A stretch of 64,000 nucleotides of DNA from Tubulanus polymorphus. Taxonomy: Eukaryota; Animalia; Nemertea. Numbering within the stretch: the stretch's first letter is position 1; each line of letters opens with the position of its first letter. Below the pieces are notes generated by a model. The model was given only the letters and a program-made list of their open reading frames with translations. It was not told the DNA's origin and ran no database searches. The stretch lies in contig NC_134028.1 of NCBI RefSeq assembly GCF_964204645.1, forward strand, positions 1,674,001 to 1,738,000. Reading direction: 5' to 3'. Shown in pieces: positions 13,601-33,782 of this stretch. The position numbers and the translations under genes are program-made.

Positions 13601-16600
13601 TACCAGTTTACAATGGTTGTATACAACCCGTTATCTCGTCCAGTTACTGCCTGGTTACAAATCCCAGTTAACGGTAATGCGTACAATATTTCAGACACCG
13701 ACGGACATCCACTCGCAGCTACTGTACGTAAAACACCTTCGCCAACATCTCATTCCTTACTTACCATGGCAAATCGACCATTCTGATGATTATTTTCTAG
13801 ATTATACCAGTAAGCCAGAGAACACAAGCGATACCCGAGAGAAAATCATCAAATTACACTTCCAGAAATGATATTGTAATGAAGGTTGAATTACCAGCGA
13901 TGGGACTGAACACTTATCTGTTCCAACTTTCAAAAAGTACGTAACATTTCATTCGTACTGCGGCTGAATATGTTGATACATGGTTTCAATAATTTTCTTT
14001 CCTGTAGATGTGGCGCTAAAAATGATGCAAAGTTATGGAATGTACGATGTATCGGGTCCTTACACATTTGAAAACCAGGTATACATGTCATTGCATATAA
14101 TACATTAAAATGTAGTCTATGGAATAAATCTGGTAACGTTTAGCACACGACATATCGTTTTATTGCAGCATTTAAGATTATATTTCGATGGACAAACTGG
14201 TATGATTTCGCGTATTGATAATCTAGATGAACAGCTACATCTGCCTCTTCATCAGTCGCTGCGATATTACACCGGATTTCCTGGAAATAATTCTCAACCC
14301 AAGTTTCAAGCGTCGGGAGCGTATGTTTTTCGCCCCACTGAAAATGAATCAAACCTCATAACCAATAGAGTTCGCAATACTTTGATAAAGGTAAAGTAAT
14401 ATTGTTGATTGCTTTCTTTTTTTAACAAGCGATGTCGAAAAATAGCAATTCATTTTGGCAGAGAATCTGATATTTCTTTGACTATAGGGGAAGATGGTAC
14501 TAGAAATGCACCAGGAATTTAGTCCCTGGGCCACGCAAGTTGTAAGACTAAGAGATAATGAGAAATATGTTGAAATTGAATGGACTGTTGGTCCAATACC
14601 CATCAGGTAAAGCGTTACATCAAGACAGGAATACGAACTCTATTCACTTATTACTATGTGATAGCTTAGTGGATATATAATTACACATTTTAGCGATGGC
14701 AAAGGTCGAGAAGTGGTGAACTATTTTCAGAGCGGTTTAAAAACACATTCAATGTTTTATACGGACGCAAATGGACGCGAAACACAAACACGACGGTACA
14801 AAACATGTTCGTTAGATTAACATGATTTCTTTTCGATTAGAAACCAAATTTAGATCATTTTGCGGGTAATTTCGAACTTTTTTATCTCCCACTAGTTGAG
14901 TTTGTCAGTGTAGTTTGTCGTTTCAGTCGGAATTATCGCCCGACCTGGACACTTCAACAAACTGAACCAGTTGCAGGGAACTATTACCCGATTAATGCAT
15001 ACGCGTACCTTAAAGTAAGGCTGTTTCAGTAAAATTGTTCCAATTTGAAAGGAAAATAAAAATGTAGCTAATATTATTGTATCAATTCATAATATGTTCA
15101 TATCCAGGATGAACAAGCGAATGTTCAACTGACTGTGTTAACTGACCGGTCACAAGGGGGCGGTAGTATCACTGACGGATCTCTGGAGATCATGGTACGT
15201 ATGCTTGGTGGCGATGTACGTTTATAGTGCGCCTTTAGACGTCATCGAACTAACCAAATTTAAGAAAAAAATCATTCCATCGACATGTACACGTTGATTT
15301 GGTATGTTTGGATGTTTTGAAGGTGGTTTGGTTTAAATGAGTTGTGAATTCTTTGTTTAATTACAGGTACATAGACGATTACTTCACGATGATCGGTTCG
15401 GTGTTGGTGAAGCCTTAAATGAAACTGGTTCCGATAAAAATGGACTCATCGTTCGAGGTTATTATCTTCTATACATCGAATTTTCTTTGATAAAAACAAA
15501 TTCTAATTTTTTCGTTTTATTCTAAAAGGCCGGCATTATATCTGCCTAGACAGACCGAACAGAGCGGTCGGGCAGATGCGAGAATTGGCTAAGAATATAT
15601 TTAACAGTCCCGTAGCAGCATTTACTGAAACAAAGCTTACATTCAACAATTGGAAAACGATGTACAACGTCTCGGTACGTCTGGATTATTTGGGAAATTC
15701 CATTTTATCATAAGTTGGGAATTTCTCAACGTTTTAGTTATTCTATTTCAGTGGTCTGGTTTGAAAAAACAACTACCACCGAATATTCACCTGTTAACAT
15801 TAGAACAGTGGGATGGTGGAGATATTTTGATACGTTTAGAACATTTCTACGAAGTGGGAGATCCATCTTTATCTGCACCAGCTTCCGTCGACTTACGGGT
15901 AACTTATCGGGCTTTCTTTACCGAAAACGCTATCGCAGAGTCCCTCCAGTTCTTAACAAATATCATTATCTTTAATCAAAATCATCAATCTATCAGAAAG
16001 AGTTCGATTGTTTATTTCAGGGTTTATTTCAACCATTTGAAGTAAAAGCCGTTGATGAACTGATGCTGGCTGCAAATCAAAGAAAAGCCGACAGTAAAAG
16101 ATTAAAATGGAATTATACAGGTTAGAAACTAATCAGTCATATTCCGCTTAGATTTTTATGTTACAAGATGGAGCTGGGAAGAGTCTGAATGAATCGGTAC
16201 CGACGTTAATGTTTGAATTTCATTTCGATTATTGTTTCTGTGCCATTCAGTTCTCAAAACGGTTTAATATATCATGCCTACATAACAACAGCAGTCAGGG
16301 GCTGTAATTGTTTGAAAATGAATGTTGACAGAGAAAAAAGATGCCCGGTCGTGTTTTCTTTCTGAAGCTATTCGCTATCAATTACGATGAGCGGAATCGG
16401 CGCTGTGCAAACTAGCAAATTTTAGCTTTATCATGCCCCATTAGAACGGCATGCCTCGCACCTGGTGCTGCGTCTCGCAATTGAGATATTCATCACGAAC
16501 GGGAACCAGTCAGCCAAATTTACCCACACACAAACACACACCGTCGTTAAATTAACCATTAATAGCTTAGAGTCGTCTATTCATCGACAGTCATCTTCGA

Positions 16601-17266
16601 ACAGATAAAATCAAGCTTTCAGCGAAATAGCACGCGATAATGCGTCCGGTCAGAACTCGCTCCTCCAGTTTTAACTTGTGCCGAGTAACAAATGCCCCAT
16701 GACAAACCTCTACTAGAACACAGGAAAAAAAAACAAGTATTCAGTGTAGATGAATGGTATGATGGTCTCAAGAACTAATAATTAGGCTGTCCACGGTATA
16801 CAGCTAACAAACCACCTTCTCCTCTAGCGTTCATTAACGTGTCACACCACTTTCATAGATTAAAATAGATAACAACGTCCGGTGGCCATTTATAATCCTT
16901 TAAAGATTCTGATCTGACTAAAGACACGTGTGATGGATAGACATCTAACCACTTATTGATTACATAAACATCGCATACAAGTTATGAAACGGAAGGGATA
17001 CACGCTCATTTCATGCGATCTTTCGCATTTCTGATCAAAATTTCGATCGGAAATTTTCTTCAGTTTTTCTTGTTACTTACGCGCGATAAAAGCAGACGGA
17101 TTGTTCAGAAAAAAACGATCGGTACGAAATTGTTGAATGTTTTTCTTTTTTAGATGAAGAGCAAACTGAACGCCTAACACAGATACCTGAACATACTGAA
17201 AAAGACCCGCTCGTGATAATAATGTCCGCCATGGAAATCCGAACCTTTCAAGTTACATTAGCATAA
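10673..17266 (+). CDS. MAN2B1: Lysosomal alpha-mannosidase (GH38), tandem copy 2, with altered active-site motifs
   Basis: Same exon structure as copy 1: hydrophobic N-terminus (10673-10849), [18 protein letters not shown] (~10963-11065), [24 protein letters not shown]. The last exon 17154-17266 ([11 protein letters not shown]) follows a ~1-kb final intron. No stop or frameshift seen in the exons traced. Confidence 0.93.
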
Positions 17267-18209
17267 GTTGCAGTGAAGACATGGATTCAGAATGATCACA
17301 CGCTCTTACGTTTTCGAGTTCTTGCTGTTTGTGTCAATTGGTTCATGTTTGTTTCAATTCATTTCAACATATTTCGCGTGATTTACATTCATTACACTCG
17401 TGATTATTTGAATAAACGATTGGATGGAATATTGCTGAACTGACGCATTTTTAGGTCTTCAGTTATTTATTTCGGGTATATGATTAATTAAAGCTCGGTT
17501 TTTGACGCGTCGACCTTTCCATAGATACATTCATCGCCTGTTAACTGTTTTAACTCGTTATTTGTTCAGATAGCTTGCTATAAAAAGATTCTGAGATCCA
17601 TTCGCATTTCAACGCCTCGCTTTTGCCGCCTCAGAAATAAGTACACCACCCATACTTCTTCGTATAAGCGATGTATCATGTGACAAGGAGTATAGAATTT
17701 GAGATCGGAATCTTTAGTCTATAGAAGAGATTTATACTTTCCTACAGATCGGCTTTCGTTTCGTAGTTCGCACAAACAGTATAATGTTAAACAGAGGATA
17801 TAGAATTTCCAATTCAGATTTGCAAAAATATTGCTAAAGCTCTTTGTCGTATTCAATGCATTTAGGTAGAAAACACAACTTTTTGCAAAAGTGAACCTTT
17901 TTGCAAAAAATGATTGAGCACAATAGCCTCCATTCTGTGCATCTCTTATATTATTGAGATTATTGAGAGCCGAGTCTAAAGATACATATTTTCATCACTC
18001 TGAAGATCGGAGAGACATCTCAATGCGTTTGCACTCATGGCCATATTTCCACCTTGTTAATAGTTATGCGATAAAGAAACATTGTATGTAAACTTCTAAT
18101 TTACAAAATTACAATTTTCCGACGAAATTGACATTAATAACTCGACTGGTTTGTTTCAATATTTGTTCAAAAGCAACTAATAATCATCATCGAGGACGGT
18201 ATGACGGAC

Positions 18210-18404
18210 GCTCCAATAAGCTTTGCTCGTAGAGTCGCGCGCCAACCGCGGTTATTAATGCAATGAAGACTGATTGGTGAATTTGGTGTTTCTTGATTCT
18301 TTGTCACGACACGTGCCTCACGGAAGCTCTCTATTGGAGAGGATGAACGCAAACATTTATTGCTGCTATTAACCGCCTTTAATTTACTGAGATTACATAT
18401 AAAG
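18210..18404 (+). promoter_or_regulatory. Probable atonal proximal promoter (CCAAT boxes, bHLH-repressor-type site, TATA)
   Basis: CCAAT/ATTGG at ~18213, ~18273 and ~18333; GACACGTGCC at 18308-18317 (GGCACGTGTC on minus); TATAAAG at 18398-18404, ~200 nt upstream of the ATG. Confidence 0.5.
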
Positions 18405-18599
18405 CGCATGTGTAAATTGGTATCCGTCGGAAACTCTCTAGGAATTGAGTCTTCCTGCCCGAGGTGGTGTAAGTGGCAAGTAGGAATCCTGGCTGAAAAT
18501 TATCAACATTGGATTATACCGTTATCTCGTAATAAAGGATTAGCGAAATTTTACTAAAATTAAATTCAAAACTTTGCGAAGTTTACGAAAGTAAACGAG

Positions 18600-19079
18600 A
18601 TGGATTTAGAAAATCTCGAAGATATCGATTCGGATGGATTCGAAGAAGGGGGATCCTCTGCGGCAAACGTGGACTGTCAACAGTCGGCAATGAAACGATC
18701 GACTTGCAAACAGATGTATCGCGCTACCAAGAAAAGGAAGCCGACAAAGTCGACAGACCACATCAATGACGACGACCAGTCGACCGATCTAGAACGACAA
18801 GACGAAACGATGAACAGTAATCTTTGTCGGTTGGATAGATTTTCCGTCGACGCCGAGTACGGATTCAACAATCGGGATGTTCTCAAAAAACGTCGCGTTG
18901 CCGCTAACGCCCGGGAAAGGAGGCGCATGCATTCTCTGAACGTGGCGTTTAATCAACTGCGAGACGTTGTACCGGGTATAAACGGCGATAGACAGTTATC
19001 GAAATACGAAACTCTACAGATGGCGCAAAGTTATATCAGCGCTCTGAAGAGTATTCTCGATCTCAACGAAAAATGTTAG
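18600..19079 (+). CDS. ato: Atonal-family proneural bHLH transcription factor (ATOH1/ATOH7/ato/amos-like), single coding exon
   Basis: [30 protein letters not shown]...[17 protein letters not shown] is the diagnostic atonal bHLH. AATAAA at 19651-19656. Confidence 0.93.
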   Translation: MDLENLEDIDSDGFEEGGSSAANVDCQQSAMKRSTCKQMYRATKKRKPTKSTDHINDDDQSTDLERQDETMNSNLCRLDRFSVDAEYGFNNRDVLKKRRVAANARERRRMHSLNVAFNQLRDVVPGINGDRQLSKYETLQMAQSYISALKSILDLNEKC

Positions 19080-19663
19080 CGTGATTTTTACCGGGAAAAC
19101 ACGAAAGACGTTACTCGAAAAAATGTACCCACATTTTCGTTAGTCCGAAGATTGAGAACCGATGCCAATACGAAAAATTGAAGCTGGATTTCATTAGTTC
19201 TACTGTTGAAAATCCCGTGTATATACATTTCGTCAGTGACTATGCATTTCAAAATTCATCTCTTCAATTTCATTTCGAATTGACATAGACAAAATTGATT
19301 TTTGAGGATAAGGATCAGTTTTATCACGTTAATAAGCTATAGAATAGCTTCATCATTCAGGATCCGGAAAGGATATAGTGCCACAATGAAAAACAGTTTA
19401 AAAGGAAAAAAATGAAACTGGTTTTGGATTCAAAGCAAAAAATAGTATACATGTTTATAATATTTGCGAAGTTTGGTGACGTTATGTGTATAGGGTAATA
19501 TATATTTGTTTATATATGCTGTTTTATTGAAATCTTTTTTTCTGAAATCCTATTTTTCCGCAAGTCTAAAAACGGTCACAATCCTATCTATATTTTATAT
19601 TCCTATAATCCTGTAATTGTGCAGTACTTTTACTGCTTTGTATGTGAAAAAATAAATGCATAA

Positions 19664-19880
19664 GGCTAAAAAAAAATTGATACCTTGTTTCTCCGCTCTG
19701 CTGAGCTTAAAAGTTGACCAAGCCGCCTATCTACCCTATACATAACTTTTTTTTAAATCGTGATCAATTTTACCATAACAGACCCGGCCGCTATAGAAAT
19801 GAACTGTTTACAAATTTTATCATATTTTACAAAAATGACCCGGCCGCTGCGGAGAAACAAGGTATCATTTTTGTTTAGCA
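19664..19880 (-). mobile_element. PIF/Harbinger-type MITE family A, full copy in reverse orientation
   Basis: TIRs GGCTAAAAAAAAATTGATACCTTGTTTCTCCGC / GCGGAGAAACAAGGTATCATTTTTGTTTAGCA, with TAA on both sides. Near-identical in reverse complement to 45651-45871. Confidence 0.88.
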
Positions 19881-20174
19881 TAATCATAAACAAATTGGCG
19901 AAACTTATGATGCATCAAGAAGTGTCGGATCGTTGTGATATTTCAAAATGGACAATTCGTATCGTTCCGGAAGCTATCACGGAGTATAGTATGAGCTCGC
20001 GGAATGATAAAGCCGTTTTAAAGTATCCGGCTGATATAAGCAACCACTTAAGTTAATTGGTTTTCATACGTAATGCAGTAAATCATATAATCTATCGATA
20101 GTTTTGCGGTGCTTAAAAAGGAGTAACAGTTTAGACTAAGATGGTGTCAACGACAGGCTTGCCTGACTCTATAC

Positions 20175-20500
20175 CATCTTCGCTTGCCAGGGGTCCAGTA
20201 TCACTCCCGAACTCGCTTCCACCAGCCCCCTGGCCTCACGAAGCGTGATTTCATTACTGGCGCTGTTGCGCATGACGTCATATATCGATTTGCGAAATAC
20301 TTCCTTGTTCGGTAAAACGTTCGCTGATTGGTCCATTTAACGGGAAAACCAACAGAAGTCTACTGTCGGTTTGTTACAAGCGCTGTGATTGGTACGACCG
20401 GATTCTGGTCGGCTAGTAACGACTCCAACGACTCGTGAGGTCAAGGGGTTCGGGAACAGCTTTAGCGTAGTGGGTTCGAATCCCTTGACGGGTGAAGATG
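20175..20500. mobile_element. Non-autonomous DNA transposon (Mutator-like MITE) with 9-bp target-site duplication
   Basis: Perfect direct repeat ACTCTATAC at 20166-20174 and 20501-20509. Long imperfect TIRs: CATCTTCGCTTGCCAGGG / CCCTTGACGGGTGAAGATG, and CCCCTGGCCTCACGA / TCGTGAGGTCAAGGGG. Confidence 0.8.
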
Positions 20501-22459
20501 ACTCTATACCTGTTCAACCTTTTATTCGAATCGCTTTTTTCTGAAAAGCTGCTACATCACATCACCATGTTCGTGAAACGGAAAGCTTATGAGTCCATGA
20601 AATAAGAGATTTAATGCTGAAAATAATTGTGCGAGTGGTTGTGCACTACGTCATCAATATATTTGGGCGAGACTGGTTATCGGGCAATTCAATCCAATTG
20701 TCGATATATTCAAATTAATTTTATTGATCCTTCTTTATTTCATTTATATCATATTATTCACTGTCGACAATATTAAGCAATATGTACATATACAAATCAT
20801 TTGCAACACTGTCAATAAACTTTCGAAGTTAGATTTCTTGTTCGATCGTGCTATCACTTTGAATATTGATACAGGAAAATTAAGCATAGCGACACTTATC
20901 ATATATTATAATAAGAAACAGTAATTTTTGGTCCATTTATCGTTGGTTGCATCATCGTTGCAATGAGAAGAGCTCGTATATTTGTAGAAAAGCTAATAAT
21001 CTTGGCTTCGAGCAGACGGATTCAGCCACTCCTCGCGTTCGAGGTTTTTTGCCGATCAGACAAGCGACATACTATCCAATGCATTTTTTGTGATACTTGA
21101 CCTGCATGTGCATGGATTTCTTTGCCAGTTCACCGTCCTTCAGCAGACCTGATGGCCTCGCGAGACTTTGCTACGACACGGAATCCTGCTTGGTTCTACG
21201 CCAACAGAATACCTACTAAAGAAGAGTCTTCGTTTAAGATATAAGACGCCCACAAACATGTAGGACCTGCTCAAATTGGCAATTGTTGATAGTGAAGGCC
21301 TGACGTCGCCCTTGAAAGAGAATAGATCGAATCGGGATTAGATTAGTTTATACTTGACATATTCACGTTTATTTAAACTTAGGATTTGCATGCATGAAAA
21401 CCCAATGCGAACAATATCGCTGAATACCGCTTTAAAGAATAACATATAGGATCGTCTTTCTGAATAAAGATATACTTCAAATCACCGTTCCGTGCTGACA
21501 GGTGGCAAATAAAGTATTTTCTCATTCAATACAGTAGTTTATATCTTTATTTACATTTAGAAAACCGACACACAGCATTTTAATCATTGAATTCTTCATC
21601 AGAAAAATATACATATTACATAAGATTCGTCAACAATTTTTACAGGCAATATTGTTTCCCTTTCCTCGAACAAGTTTCCAATTTGTTCTCTTTCGTGACC
21701 CATAGTCGGGGAAAGGGAACATTTTTCCTTGAAAAGGACTATTTAAAAGAATATGAAAACAAAATCAAAGCAAGGACATTTTGTCTATTATTTCACGTTG
21801 AGGAAATGTTTCAGAGGTATTTGCTCAAAAAGCGCATAAACAATCCGAGCAATAGCCGTATCAAAATGTTTTCATCATTCGATTCTCGCGTGGGAGGTGA
21901 ATAGGTTAATATCAGTAACCGGGCACTCGGTCCTTCACCGGGTACTTTACTGATACTACCAGCGCGGCGAAGCACTGGTTAAAAAACAAGCTATTTAAAA
22001 ATACACACCGCAGGAGCGAATACTATATGAAAACAAGCGTGCTGCGATGTTATTTAAGTAGTTGAGTAAACCAAGTATTATATAGTTACAGAGACGTTCA
22101 GAGACTCGAGCATCTGAAATTTGGGAAGAATTGTCCGGTTAACCGGTGGAAATTTGACAAAAACATTTGACAGATAGCGCTAGCGGTCGAACGGAATCAA
22201 CGAAACTAGGCCGGGAATTTCTGTGCAAGGGTACAAGTAATATTGTGTGTCGTGAACTCGCGCTATAGTGTGTATAGGTAGTGGAACTATGCGGATCTAC
22301 TACCACTATACATTTTACATTACATTTCCACTATACAAGCACTAAAGAACGGCTCTAGATAGGTCGCAGAGATCTTCTCAACGGTTAATTCGCTGTAATT
22401 AGGAAAAGGATCTGGCGACCACAGTTTTAGAATAAGGAGGAACACTAGCGACCGTCATC

Positions 22460-31719
<9,260 letters not shown>

Positions 31720-33782
31720 ATGGACGGGTCGCCGACTACGTGCGCCTTAGTGCGTATTTCTCTACTGATGACGTGTTGAATAATCGTGTGTGGACATATT
31801 TTAAATACTCGACGTGCATCACTGCTGATATTATAAAGATACTCTGTTATGTAAAGATTGTTTTGCTGAAAGTAACTAACCTCGACTCCTATTTCTATGA
31901 ATGGTTGATTTTGTTTGTTGTCAATGACGGGTCTGAGAAGCGTGACGATATTCACCATAGGCAGCAACATAATCAGCGATGGATCTTTGATCTTTGAAGC
32001 GCATAAGAATAAGATTGAAATAATTGATAACAGAGAACCTCATACATCGGTTCTAGTCCAGGGTTAGTTTTGCCATGTATAAGAATATAGGATCACGGAA
32101 TTAAGTCTAATTTATCGTCGTTATCCTCTTTAAGGGTCTTCCAAGGATGAATGCTCGATTCAGTTGATTGTTGAAATTCTTATTAGGTTTTTTTTTAAAC
32201 TGTTCTTGTTTCTAAACGGGTGAATTTTTAAAGAAAAGTTGCGAACCAGTCGGACTCGTAGACTGCATCTTCTGCTGCAGTTATATGTTCTATCAATGGT
32301 GGAACAGCGATTATATTTTGATTCTTAGGATTTATATGATTAATTCCAACTGGCTATAGCTCACCCCTTGATTACAGGAAATATTTCTTAACGCTCAGAT
32401 TATAAACAAACTAGATTTGAAATACACTACAAGGGAATTAGAACTGTTAATGTTGAAATGTGTCCAATGTTTTAGTGTCGAATTTCAATTAAGGTCAGGT
32501 TAAATTCTATGAATTTGAATTCTGCACTGAAAGAGGGTACACTGCTATAGATGTCACACGCTTAATTTTCTATCAAGTAGTAGATTTGGCCGATACACCT
32601 GTTACAATACTTTTACAATGTTTCGACACCTGAAATTGGTGTGCTATCCCCCTCAACGTCCAAAATTATTGAAATAAATGTTATAAGAAGAAAAAAGGTT
32701 GTTTGTTCCTGAAATTTTATACTTAAATCTCAAGAATATCGTAAATAAATTTGATGTTATTTAATAATCTTGTTTTGTTTTAATCGAGTTGATTTCTGAT
32801 AAGGAGAGGGCGTGATAACGACGAAATTTGAGATCCTACCCCAGAACCACTCGTAGTTATGTGTAGAGACGTCAGAGCGGCAGAAATTGTAGTTACCACA
32901 ACGGCATTAGTCTTACAACCGTTTCTTGCAGTGGAACTTTTGAAACGAATCATATTTCTCGGAAACTAAGTTTTACGATCCCTTCCAAACATCCGGATGG
33001 AGTATTCTATGATCACATCTAAATGTGTGATTCCCTCGAAACGAATCGCAAAGGTACCGGCAAGACACTAAACGGTTAAATGAGTTTCCTATAGACAGAC
33101 CGAAGGTACCCGTAAGTAAATTACGACATGAGAATACCGTTATTTAAACTGTATATCTGGTTGTCTGGAGAAATAAATTTCTGATGACGGGAAATGCTAC
33201 TCAACTACTTGACTTAAGTAAAATCAAAATGGGAAGATTTTAAGCAACATTAGCGTTCAAACTTTTTATTGCTATACTTTTATTTGTATAAAATGTGTAT
33301 AAAATCATTTAAATTTTGCCGATGCTTTACTTTCGAACATCGAAACAATATTTCCGTATTATGCATAGTTCTTTGAAAGAATATATCTCAAATCGTTATT
33401 ACCCAAATAAATCCTAAAACAAAGATGAAGAGAATCGATATTCATGAATAAATGTAAACATCGGGTGCGCGTTTAGGTTTTTTTCCCAAACAACATAACA
33501 TATTTTATATTCTATTATGAAACCGCACAATTTCTCGAAAACGGAGGTATATATATATATGTTAAAGTTGAAATAGTCGAAATAGTAGAGATTGTCCAGC
33601 ACGTGAATGGAAGGACAATATCGATACAAACTTGTGCAATAATCTTACATCATATTATAAAGTATATACAATATCATACAAAATCAAATGAAATAAAGCA
33701 CGTAACGTAATCTCTATGGTGATCGAGGAATTAAAACAGAAAACAATGAGATTATTATTTTTTCAATAGCGTGAGAATCGCT

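Noticed and set aside
18677-18928. Antisense ORFs over atonal (and similarly 42861-43220 over dimmed, and several over FASN exons)
   Set aside because: Shadows of GC-richer coding sequence with no independent motifs or splice support.
20460-20490. tRNA-like T-loop GGGTTCGAATCCC
   Set aside because: No cloverleaf can be built; it is part of the MITE terminal inverted repeat.
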